Source of the DNA: Pseudomonadota bacterium
Lineage (GTDB): Bacteria; Pseudomonadota; Alphaproteobacteria; Rhizobiales; Devosiaceae
Assembly (NCBI GenBank): GCA_023391095.1
Contig: JAEWBN010000014.1
Span: 70,276-134,275, forward strand
Direction of reading: 5' to 3'
Length of the DNA: 64,000 bases
The position numbers and the translations under genes are program-made. Under the pieces are notes generated by a model. It was not told the DNA's origin, searched no databases, and saw nothing but the letters and a program-made list of their open reading frames with translations. Below, piece by piece: positions 19,481-28,291 of this stretch (positions are counted from its first letter, which is position 1; the number at the start of each line of letters is the position of its first letter).

Positions 19481-20686
19481 ATGGCTAAGTTTCCCGTACG
19501 GTTGGGTCCTGCCGAAGAGACCCTGATCGCCCAACTCAAGTCCGTGGGTGCCGACCAGGCCGCCGAGCGCATCACCGTCGCCGGCCTGCCGACCCGTCGT
19601 GTCGAGGCGTATCACTATACCGATCTCAAGACCCTGCTGCGCACCGTTCCGGCGCTCGGCCAGCCGGCCAATGAAGCCAGCGCTCCGGCGCTCCGCATCC
19701 CGGGTGCCTACTCGCTGATGATCGCCAATGGCGTCATCCAGAACGCCTCGACCGCCCCCGCTGGGGTCATTGTTGGCAAAACGGATGGTTTTGTTCTCAC
19801 TAACCGGGATGACGTTCTGGTCAGCGTTAACAATGGTCTAACAAAAGAGGCCCTGACGCTAACACTTGAGAATAGCGTCGATCCGGTCATCCAGATCGAG
19901 CGTCGGATCGAGGGCGAAGCGGCCCATGTCGCTGATGCCGTTAAGGTTTTTGTCGCCGATGGCGCCTACGCCACCATCGTCGAGACCTTCTCCGGCTCCG
20001 ACGCGGCTCACGTGGGCAACCATGCCAGCTACATCGCGCTCGGCAAGAACGCTGTGCTGACCCACATCACGATCGACCTAAGTGCTTCTGGCGTCAGCCA
20101 TTTTGCCACCAACGAGTATCATCTCGCCGATGGGGCAAAGTTGCGGACGCTGGTGATTCATGCCGGTGCCGGCCTCGCCCGCACCCATCTCTTCCCCAAG
20201 CTTTCGGGGCAGGGCGCGCATGCCGACGTGACCGGACTGAACCTCGTCTCGGATGGCCAACACTCTGATATTACTATGGAAACCACCCACGCGGTGCCCC
20301 ATACGTCGTCTCAGCCGCTGTTCAAGTCGATCACCCGCGGTCGCTCCAGGGCTGTGGTCCAGGGCAAGTTGATCGTCGCCCGCGACGCGCAGAAGACCGA
20401 TGCCAAGTTCATGCATCAGGGCCTGATGCTCTCCGACGATGCAGAAATTCTCTCCAAGCCGGAGCTGGAGATCTATGCCGACGACGTCGTCTGCGGCCAT
20501 GGTTCGACCTGCGGCAAGCTGGATGAAGACAGCCTGTTCTACCTTCTGAGCCGTGGTATTCCCAAAGCGGAAGCCGAGACCATGCTGGTCCGCGGCTTCA
20601 TCGCTGAACTGCTTGATCCGGTTGAAGATTCAGCCCTCAACGAAGCCCTTCAGGGCATCGTGGACGGTTGGTTGCTCGGTCGCTAA
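19481..20686 (+). CDS. sufD: Fe-S assembly protein SufD
   Basis: KPELEIYADDVVCGHGST and LFYLLSRGI motifs; operon position. Confidence 0.95.
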   Translation: MAKFPVRLGPAEETLIAQLKSVGADQAAERITVAGLPTRRVEAYHYTDLKTLLRTVPALGQPANEASAPALRIPGAYSLMIANGVIQNASTAPAGVIVGKTDGFVLTNRDDVLVSVNNGLTKEALTLTLENSVDPVIQIERRIEGEAAHVADAVKVFVADGAYATIVETFSGSDAAHVGNHASYIALGKNAVLTHITIDLSASGVSHFATNEYHLADGAKLRTLVIHAGAGLARTHLFPKLSGQGAHADVTGLNLVSDGQHSDITMETTHAVPHTSSQPLFKSITRGRSRAVVQGKLIVARDAQKTDAKFMHQGLMLSDDAEILSKPELEIYADDVVCGHGSTCGKLDEDSLFYLLSRGIPKAEAETMLVRGFIAELLDPVEDSALNEALQGIVDGWLLGR

Positions 20687-20806
20687 GCATCTGACGAGAC
20701 ACCCGGTGATGGGTGGCACAAGATTTTGCGGCGCGGATCGCGCCGCAGCACTTCCCGTCCGGAACGGGCAGGGAGCAGGTGGAGATTTTCTCCACGAGGA
20801 TATCCG

Positions 20807-22027
20807 ATGACCTTCGATCTCGACACAGTCCGCGCCGACTTTCCGATCCTCTCCGAGCAGATCCACGGGCATCGGCTCGTTTATCTCGACAGCGGCGCAT
20901 CGGCGCAAAAGCCGGTGCAGGTTCTGGACCGCATGGACCGTGGGTTCCGGCACGAATATGCCAATGTCCACAGGGGCTTGCATACCCTGGCCAACCGCGC
21001 AACCGAGGGCTACGAAGCGGGTCGCGAAAGCGTCCGGCGGTTTCTCAATGCCGGTCGGATCGAAGAAATTATCTTCACCAAATCGGCCACTGAGGCGATC
21101 AACCTCGTAGCCTCCTCCTTTGCCGGCCCGCGCATTTCCGCAGGTGACGAGATCGTCACGACGATCATGGAACACCACTCCAACATCGTGCCCTGGCATT
21201 TCCACCGCGAACGCAAGGGCGCGGTCATCAAATGGGTCGATGTCCATGACGATGGCCGCCTCGACCTTGACGCGTTCGAAGCCGCGCTGACCGACCGGAC
21301 GCGTATCGTTGCCGTTACGCATATGTCCAACGTGTTGGGAACGATCAATCCAATCAAGGACTTGATTGCCATTGCTCATGCGAAAGGTATCCCGGTTCTG
21401 GTCGATGGCTCGCAGGGCGCCGTCCATACCAGGGTGGACGTCCAGGACCTCGATGCCGACTTCTACATCATGACTGGTCACAAGCTTTATGGCCCGACCG
21501 GGATTGGCGTGCTCTACGGCAAGTACGATCTTCTGGCCGAAATGCAGCCCTACCAGGGCGGCGGCGAGATGATCGAAACGGTAACGCTCGAGGGTGTAAT
21601 CTACAACGAGCCACCCCACCGCTTCGAAGCCGGCACGCCGCCCATCGTGCAGGCCATGGGGCTGGGCGTAGCGCTCGACTATATGGAATCGCTTGGTCGC
21701 GAAGCCATCGCGGCACATGAGCACGAGGTTGCCGAATATGCGCTCTCGCGCCTCAGCCGTATCAATTCACTGCGCCTGATCGGTACGGCGCCAGGCAAGG
21801 GCGGTATCTTCTCGTTCGAGATCGCCGGTGCACATGCCCATGACGTTGCCACCATTCTCGACCGCTATGGCATCGCCGTGCGCGCCGGGACGCATTGCGC
21901 GCAGCCGCTGCTGAAGCGTTTCGGCGTCACCTCTACCTGCCGCGCCTCCTTCGCCCTATATAACGGCAAGGACGACGTCGACGCGCTGGTGGACGGCATT
22001 GAGCGCGCCCAAAAATTTTTCGCCTGA
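20807..22027 (+). CDS. sufS: Cysteine desulfurase SufS (group II)
   Basis: YLDSGASAQKP, MEHHSN, GHKLYGPTGIG and RAGTHCA motifs. Confidence 0.96.
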   Translation: MTFDLDTVRADFPILSEQIHGHRLVYLDSGASAQKPVQVLDRMDRGFRHEYANVHRGLHTLANRATEGYEAGRESVRRFLNAGRIEEIIFTKSATEAINLVASSFAGPRISAGDEIVTTIMEHHSNIVPWHFHRERKGAVIKWVDVHDDGRLDLDAFEAALTDRTRIVAVTHMSNVLGTINPIKDLIAIAHAKGIPVLVDGSQGAVHTRVDVQDLDADFYIMTGHKLYGPTGIGVLYGKYDLLAEMQPYQGGGEMIETVTLEGVIYNEPPHRFEAGTPPIVQAMGLGVALDYMESLGREAIAAHEHEVAEYALSRLSRINSLRLIGTAPGKGGIFSFEIAGAHAHDVATILDRYGIAVRAGTHCAQPLLKRFGVTSTCRASFALYNGKDDVDALVDGIERAQKFFA

Positions 22028-22038
22028 GGTAGGCCGAT

Positions 22039-22422
22039 ATGACTGAAGAAACCAAAGCTGACGCCATCGACGTGCGCATCGCACCGACCGTCTCCTCGAC
22101 GATTCCAGAGGGGGAGGTCGAGCGGATCACCACGGATCTCATTGGCGCGCTCAAGACGGTCTATGACCCAGAAATTCCGGTCGATATCTACGAGCTTGGG
22201 CTGATCTATCGCGTCGACCTGGACGACAATCGCAACCTCACCATCGACATGACGCTAACAGCCCCGGGCTGTCCGGTGGCCGGTGAAATGCCAGGCTGGG
22301 TAGAGAATGCAGCACGCGGCGTGGAAGGCATCCAGGACGTTACCGTCAATATGGTTTTCGATCCGCCATGGGACGCGTCGCGCATGAGCGAAGAAGCTCA
22401 AGTGGCGTTGAACTGGTGGTAA
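22039..22422 (+). CDS. sufT: SUF system DUF59 protein SufT
   Basis: DPEIPVDIYELGLIY and TAPGCPVA motifs. Confidence 0.92.
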   Translation: MTEETKADAIDVRIAPTVSSTIPEGEVERITTDLIGALKTVYDPEIPVDIYELGLIYRVDLDDNRNLTIDMTLTAPGCPVAGEMPGWVENAARGVEGIQDVTVNMVFDPPWDASRMSEEAQVALNWW

Positions 22423-22474
22423 TCGCGGGCGTTTAGGCCTATATATCGTGAAACACCGATGAAGGTTGCTTTCC

Positions 22475-22858
22475 ATGCCGTTCAAGATCATGTCGTTGAC
22501 CGATGCTGCTGCAGAGCGCATCACCGAGATCATTGAAGACAGCGAAAAGCCCGTTCTGGGTCTGCGCGTCGGCATCAAGAATGCCGGCTGCGCTGGCGTT
22601 TCGTACACGATGGATTACGTCGAGACGCCGGTGCCCGGCGACGATCACGTTGAGGATCACGGAGTCAATGTTTGGGTGGATCCCAAAGCCACGATGTATC
22701 TTTTGGGCACGGTCATGGATTTCGAGCAGTCGAAGATGGGTTCGAGCTTCACGTTCAAGAATCCGAACCAGACCGGAGCGTGCGGGTGCGGGGAAAGCGT
22801 TACGCTTGCGGCAGCTGACCTGAAGGCGCTCGCGGAGGCTAGGGCAGGGGTCGCCTGA
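22475..22858 (+). CDS. sufA: A-type Fe-S carrier SufA/IscA
   Basis: GCAG and CGCGES motifs. Confidence 0.92.
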   Translation: MPFKIMSLTDAAAERITEIIEDSEKPVLGLRVGIKNAGCAGVSYTMDYVETPVPGDDHVEDHGVNVWVDPKATMYLLGTVMDFEQSKMGSSFTFKNPNQTGACGCGESVTLAAADLKALAEARAGVA

Positions 22859-22940
22859 GCCAGACAGCCGCCGTCTTGGCTAGCGTCACGCCTCTGTTCC
22901 TGTTGCAGAAAGAACTCCGCTGGTGCATTGATCCGGCATC

Positions 22941-24209
22941 ATGTCGAATGCTCTTCCCCCCGCCTACACCATCGTCCCTCCCAATCGTCCGCTAAGCGGT
23001 CGCGTGTGGCCTCCGGGCAGCAAGTCGATCACCAACCGAGCGCTGCTGCTGGCGGCGCTGGCGGAGGGCACGAGCCATCTTTCCGGCGCGTTGAAGAGCA
23101 AAGATACAGTGCTCATGGCGCGCGCGCTGCGCGAGATGGGCGTTACCGTCGATGAACCCGACGCGACAAGCTTCACGGTCACGAGCACTGGTCGGCTCAC
23201 CGCTCCCGCCGCGCCGCTGTTTCTGGGTAATGCGGGAACGGCGACGCGCTTCCTGACCGCTGCTGTTGCGACAATCGATGGCACTGTCGTGGTGGATGGC
23301 GATGAGGACATGCGTCTGCGGCCCATCAAGCCACTGGTCGATGCCCTCAACTCAATCGGAATTGTCGCAGAAAGCGCGACAGGCTGCCCGCCGGTGACCG
23401 TCCGAGGCAATGGTCGATTTGGCCAGGGGCGCATTGAGATCGATGGCTCACTCTCCAGTCAGTATGTGTCCGCTTTGCTGATGGCTGCGCCATTTGGGGA
23501 CGGGCCCATTGAAGTGGCGCTGACTGGCAAGGATATCGGCGCGCGTGGTTATGTTGATCTGACCATTGCCGCCATGCGTGCATTCGGTGCTGCGGTCGAG
23601 GCCCGCGATGATGGCTCGTGGCTGGTGCAGCCGACAGGCTATAAGGCGACGGACTTCCATATTGAGCCTGATGCGTCTGCTGCGACTTATCTCTGGGGCA
23701 TAGAGGCGCTCACTGGCGGCAAGATCGACCTTGGCGTGGCATCGGATGCCTTTACCCAGCCCGATGCTGCTGCACAGGCGGTAATTGCGGAGTTCCCGAA
23801 CATGCCCGCCGTCATTGACGGCTCGCAGATGCAGGATGCGGTGCCGACCATGGCTGTGGTCGCTGCATTCAACAATCAGCCGGTTCGCTTCATTGGGATC
23901 GCCAATCTGCGGGTGAAAGAGACCGACCGGATCCGCGCTGTCGCCAATGAGCTCAATCGTATCCGTCCCGGCCTTGCCGTCGAAGAGGGGGATGACCTTG
24001 TGGTCCACTCCGATCCCGGCCTCGCGGGGCAGACGCTGCCGGCGCGGGTTGAGACCTACCACGACCACCGTATCGCGATGAGCTTCGCGCTTGCTGGACT
24101 GCTTGTGGAGGGCGTGACGATTCTTGATCCGGCATGTACCGGCAAGACGTATCCGGAATACTGGTCGATGCTTACCAGCCTGGGAGTGGAGCTCCTGCCG
24201 GCCGTTTAG
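22941..24209 (+). CDS. aroA: EPSP synthase, class III-like
   Basis: PGSKSITNR, GNAGTATRF, SSQY, RVKETDR and DHRIAM motifs. Confidence 0.95.
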   Translation: MSNALPPAYTIVPPNRPLSGRVWPPGSKSITNRALLLAALAEGTSHLSGALKSKDTVLMARALREMGVTVDEPDATSFTVTSTGRLTAPAAPLFLGNAGTATRFLTAAVATIDGTVVVDGDEDMRLRPIKPLVDALNSIGIVAESATGCPPVTVRGNGRFGQGRIEIDGSLSSQYVSALLMAAPFGDGPIEVALTGKDIGARGYVDLTIAAMRAFGAAVEARDDGSWLVQPTGYKATDFHIEPDASAATYLWGIEALTGGKIDLGVASDAFTQPDAAAQAVIAEFPNMPAVIDGSQMQDAVPTMAVVAAFNNQPVRFIGIANLRVKETDRIRAVANELNRIRPGLAVEEGDDLVVHSDPGLAGQTLPARVETYHDHRIAMSFALAGLLVEGVTILDPACTGKTYPEYWSMLTSLGVELLPAV

Positions 24210-25273
24210 GCGGCGGAGACATCCTTTGCGTTGGCGTCGGCCATCTCGACAAGCTCTGTTTCCGAGATCACGCGATTTCGGCCCGCATGCTTGGCCGCAT
24301 AGAGACAGCGGTCTGCGCGCTCGATCAGTGCCGATGCAGATTCGTCGAGACGGAAACTCGCAACGCCGAACGAGGCGGTGATCCGGCCCAGTTTCTCATT
24401 GGTCGATCGCTTGAGCAGTTCTTTTGCCTGAATGGCCTTGCGGATGTTTTCCGCGACGATCACTGCGCCTTCCAGGTCGGTTGAGGGCAGGACCGCGACA
24501 AATTCCTCGCCACCATAGCGTGCCGCCAAGTCGCGACCCTTGATATTGGATTTCAACGTCATGGCGACAAGCCGGAGCACCTGGTCGCCGGTCTGATGTC
24601 CATAGGTGTCGTTGAAATTCTTGAAGTAGTCGATATCGACCAGCATGAGACTCAAAGGATCGCCGGTTTGCGCGGCTTCTCCCATGGCTATCGCCAAGCC
24701 CTCGTCAAAACTCTTCCGGTTGGCGATTTTGGTCAGTGGATCAAGCATGGATTCGCGACGCGCATCGTCCAAATCGCGCTGTAGGGCCGAAATGTCTTCT
24801 CGCGAGGCTTGGAGCTTCAGCTCGAGCGCTCTGTTGGTATCCTGCATCCGCCTGGTTTCACTGAGGAGGCGTGAGGCCAGATCCTTCATGGCTGCGGCGG
24901 GGAGTTCACGCTCGAGATCGCCGCTGGCCGACTGTAGCGAGCCGGAATAGGCGTTGGCCGTGGTCATTGCCGAGTCGATTGCGTCGTGCACGGCCTCGAT
25001 ACGGGCGTGCATGCGCTCGGAGACGTTCGAAATCCGGTCGTTGACGTCGGATTTCAGGAACTCGTTGTAAAGCGTCTCGGCCAGATCGCTGGAGGGCGCG
25101 TCGCCGGCCCGGAAAATGGCATTGATGCGGTTGTTCAGGGACGGATTGACACCGGTGCAATAGGTATAGAGCAGCTCATAGAACTGCGGATATGGCGGTA
25201 TCCCGCTGCGCTTGAGCAGATCGAACGCGGCGTTGGCATAACCCAAGGCGCGCTTGAATTCCTGGTCCGACAC
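24206..25273 (-). CDS. Diguanylate cyclase (coiled coil + GGEEF; DgcB-like)
   Basis: DPLT, DIDYFKNFND and RYGGEEF motifs. Confidence 0.93.
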   Translation of the reverse strand: MSDQEFKRALGYANAAFDLLKRSGIPPYPQFYELLYTYCTGVNPSLNNRINAIFRAGDAPSSDLAETLYNEFLKSDVNDRISNVSERMHARIEAVHDAIDSAMTTANAYSGSLQSASGDLERELPAAAMKDLASRLLSETRRMQDTNRALELKLQASREDISALQRDLDDARRESMLDPLTKIANRKSFDEGLAIAMGEAAQTGDPLSLMLVDIDYFKNFNDTYGHQTGDQVLRLVAMTLKSNIKGRDLAARYGGEEFVAVLPSTDLEGAVIVAENIRKAIQAKELLKRSTNEKLGRITASFGVASFRLDESASALIERADRCLYAAKHAGRNRVISETELVEMADANAKDVSAA

Positions 25274-25422
25274 TGCCCACCCCGCGCTTCGTTGCGCTCC
25301 CCTGCAAGCACGAATCCTGCCTCGAGTCTTCCGTCTTTAGATACAACCGGCCGATGCGGTTACACAACTCCCGTACGCCCGACTTAACAGGCAAACGCAA
25401 AATACTCTTCGACAGCAGCAGA

Positions 25423-26811
25423 CTAAATTCTGGTTGACCGCAGAAGAAACGCAGGAACTGGACCTGCATCACCAAATGGATTGCCCGAATGATTTGCTTC
25501 TGCTGCCTCGGGTGACTTTGCAGGGCGTTGAGGGCGCTGGGTTTTTTCGGGCTTCGCTACCGCGGGTGTATTTTCGGCCTCGACCTCAGGGTTGACCCCG
25601 CGCGTCCGGCTGCGGCGGGCGGGTCGGGCTGCCTTATCTTCGGCGTCCTCTACGGGACGTGATTTTCCGCCCGCCGGCGTGTCTGCCTCTTCCAGCCATT
25701 CGATGGGCTTCTGGATGAGCTTCAGGATGGCATCGAGATGTTTGGTGTCCGCCGAAGAGACCAGCGTGTAAGCCACGCCAGAGCGACCAGCACGCCCTGT
25801 CCGGCCGATTCGGTGCACATAGTCTTCCGCGTGCACGGGCACATCGAAATTGAACACATGGCTCACGGCGGGAATGTCGAGGCCACGGGCTGCAACGTCG
25901 CTGGCGACCAGCAGGGTCAGCTTGTTGCTCTTGAAAGCATCAAGCGTTTCCATGCGGCTCTTCTGGTCCATGTCGCCATGCAGGCCGCCGGCGGAGTATT
26001 TATGGCGCTGCAGGGAGCGGGCGAGGGTAGCCACGTCGCGCTTGCGATTGCAGAAGATAATGGCGTTGGTCAGCCCCTCGGCCGCGTCTATGCGGGCTCG
26101 GAGGGCCGCGCGCTTCTCGTCCGGCTTGGACGACACTTTCACCAGCTTCTGGTCGATGGTGTCGGCCGTGGATGAGGATCGGGAGACCTGGACATGCACC
26201 GGGTCCTTGAGAAACTTCTTGGTCAGCTTCTCGATCTGCGGGTCCATGGTGGCCGAGAAGAGCATGGTCTGCCGGCGGGGCGGCAGGCGCGAGCAGATCT
26301 TCTCGATGTCATCGATGAAGCCCATGTCGAGCATGCGGTCGGCTTCGTCGATCACCAGGATTTCGACACCCGTGAGCAGAATCTTGCCGCGGTCGAACTG
26401 GTCGAGCAGCCGCCCAGGGGTGGCGATGAGCACGTCCACACCGCGATCGAGCTTCTTGTTCTGATCTTCGAAAGACACGCCGCCGATGATCAGCGCCATG
26501 GAGAGGCGGTGATTCTTGCCGTACTTCTCAAAATTCTCCGATACCTGCGCAGCCAGTTCGCGCGTCGGCTCAAGAATGAGCGTGCGGGGCATACGGGCGC
26601 GGGCGCGGCCATTTTCAAGCAGAGTGAGCATGGGCAGCACGAAGGAGGCTGTCTTGCCCGTCCCGGTCTGGGCAATCCCGATCAGGTCCTTCTTCTGGAG
26701 AAGGTGCGGGATGGCCTGAGCCTGGATCTCGGTCGGCTTGTTGTAGCCGGCAGCCGTGACGGCTTCGGTGACTTTGCTCGAAAGGCCCAGTCCGGAAAAA
26801 GTGTCGGTCAA
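25423..26811 (-). CDS. DEAD-box RNA helicase (RhlE-like)
   Basis: AQTGTGKT, PTRELA, DEAD, SAT, ARGLD and HRIGRTGR motifs; TTG start inferred. Confidence 0.95.
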   Translation of the reverse strand: MTDTFSGLGLSSKVTEAVTAAGYNKPTEIQAQAIPHLLQKKDLIGIAQTGTGKTASFVLPMLTLLENGRARARMPRTLILEPTRELAAQVSENFEKYGKNHRLSMALIIGGVSFEDQNKKLDRGVDVLIATPGRLLDQFDRGKILLTGVEILVIDEADRMLDMGFIDDIEKICSRLPPRRQTMLFSATMDPQIEKLTKKFLKDPVHVQVSRSSSTADTIDQKLVKVSSKPDEKRAALRARIDAAEGLTNAIIFCNRKRDVATLARSLQRHKYSAGGLHGDMDQKSRMETLDAFKSNKLTLLVASDVAARGLDIPAVSHVFNFDVPVHAEDYVHRIGRTGRAGRSGVAYTLVSSADTKHLDAILKLIQKPIEWLEEADTPAGGKSRPVEDAEDKAARPARRSRTRGVNPEVEAENTPAVAKPEKTQRPQRPAKSPEAAEANHSGNPFGDAGPVPAFLLRSTRI

Positions 26812-27068
26812 GTCGGTCGTTCCACTCAAGGATGCTGTCCAGGTTCGGTCCGTGCACGATTGCTCGGAGGCGGGCCTGGCCGTTGGAAGGTCTTCAGTTC
26901 CTGCCTTTGCCAGACAGGCTCTGAGTGGGTGCCAACCAATCACGTATTCCGCAGCACCCTCGGCTCGGGCGGCGCCAACCTGCTCGGGCAGCGGCAGCCC
27001 CGTCGGTCATCCAGGCGCTGCGGCGGCAAGACTGCCTGCGCGCACTTGGTACTCTACCGGCGGCGCGG

Positions 27069-27096
27069 ACCATATCGCAAAGGCCCGTCCTGTCAA
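27069..27096 (-). promoter_or_regulatory. Putative sigma70 promoter of the helicase, giving a ~250-nt leader
   Basis: Minus strand TTGACA-N16-TATGGT. Confidence 0.55.
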
Positions 27097-27334
27097 TGAT
27101 TTTGGGGATTTTTAGGTTACCAGCGCCAACGTGGTCGCCCAGACGGGCCCCAACTTTGGCGTCAGGCGCGTGGCAAGAAGCGGTAGCTCGACGCTGACGG
27201 GCGTCGTTAGGGTTATCGGTTATACTTAACTAATGGTTTCCCTGCGTTAACCATTGGTGTTCGTTGGAGAAATCCCAATGAAAGCGTACAACGGAGGTCG
27301 AAGCGGGCAGGGAATAAACCTGACGCTCTGCACT

Positions 27335-27439
27335 CCCTACGGCTTCTCTCAGGTCCGCCGCAACTCCTGAGACACCCGTAGGGCGGTTGGTCCGGATGCG
27401 GACAGAGTGGCCTCTTCGACATGCCGCTCCGGACCAGCC
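27335..27439 (+). ncRNA. ecpR1: EcpR1 (SmelC291)-like sRNA
   Basis: Two long hairpins; SL1 loop TCCGCCGCAACT; adjacent to rpmG as in Sinorhizobium; ends approximate. Confidence 0.72.
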
Positions 27440-27517
27440 ACTCATCCCCACATGGCAACATTGCGCGTCTTACTGTCTCCGCGTCGCGCTGAATGCGGTG
27501 CAGTCGGGCACGGGGCA

Positions 27518-27553
27518 AACAAAAACCCCGCAATTGCTTGCGGGGTTTTTGTT
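27518..27553. terminator. Bidirectional terminator (rpmG and the plus-strand RNA)
   Basis: AACAAAAACCCCGCAA-TTGC-TTGCGGGGTTTTTGTT, a perfect 16-bp inverted repeat. Confidence 0.92.
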
Positions 27554-27574
27554 GTTCAGTACTGGAAAGCCAGA

Positions 27575-27742
27575 TTACTTGATCTTGGCTTCCTTAAATT
27601 CGACGTGCTTGCGGACGACCGGATCGTACTTCTTGAACGAGAGCTTCTCGGTCTGGGTACGTGCATTCTTCTTGGTCACATAGAAGAAGCCGGTATCGGC
27701 CGTCGAGACGAGCTTGATCTTGATGGTGGCGGCCTTGGCCAT
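27575..27742 (-). CDS. rpmG: 50S ribosomal protein L33 (55 aa, not in the ORF track)
   Basis: Translated by hand: [55 protein letters not shown]. Confidence 0.97.
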   Translation of the reverse strand: MAKAATIKIKLVSTADTGFFYVTKKNARTQTEKLSFKKYDPVVRKHVEFKEAKIK

Positions 27743-27858
27743 AACAGTGGTCCTTCACAAAGCGAAAGGCGCCGCTACGGGGCAGCGCCGGAATTTGGGC
27801 GCAACCTACGGATTTGCGGGCCGTTGTCAAGTCGATAGCGCGCCCCAAGGAGGCTTTG

Positions 27859-28275
27859 ATGAGCGCACCGACCGAATTGCTACGGAAATTGCAGATCATC
27901 GCGGGTAGCAAGATTTGGATGATCAACGTTCCGCAGGCGATTGCCGAGGAAATTTCGGCTGGCGCAGAGGTAGAGCCGGTGCATGAAAAGGACGCCTATG
28001 ACGGCGTTCTAGCGTTTTTCACGTCTGCCAGCGAGGTCGAATCGGTGGTCCCGAGGATTCTGGCCGAGTTGCCGTCCGATGGATTGCTTTGGGTGGCTTA
28101 TCCGAAGGGCGAAACCGGCAAGGATGCCGGAATCAGCCGTGATACGGGTTGGTCACCTCTGGAATCGGCGGGCTGGCGGCCGGTGCGCCAGGTGGCCATC
28201 GATGCACAATGGTCCGCGTTGCGCTTTCGGCCCCGCACTCTCGTCAAGGCCCAGGAAGGCAGCCGCTTCGCCTGA
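27859..28275 (+). CDS. Hypothetical protein, DUF3052-like
   Basis: SD AAGGAGG; LWVAYPK and VRQVAIDAQWSALRF motifs. Confidence 0.7.
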   Translation: MSAPTELLRKLQIIAGSKIWMINVPQAIAEEISAGAEVEPVHEKDAYDGVLAFFTSASEVESVVPRILAELPSDGLLWVAYPKGETGKDAGISRDTGWSPLESAGWRPVRQVAIDAQWSALRFRPRTLVKAQEGSRFA

Positions 28276-28291
28276 AGCGGCTGCTGTGTTC

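Noticed and set aside
20761..20790. GGAAC as an EcfG promoter for sufS
   Set aside because: No CGTT-like -10 at the correct spacing
27594..27926. 110-aa minus-strand ORF
   Set aside because: Overlaps the real rpmG in another frame
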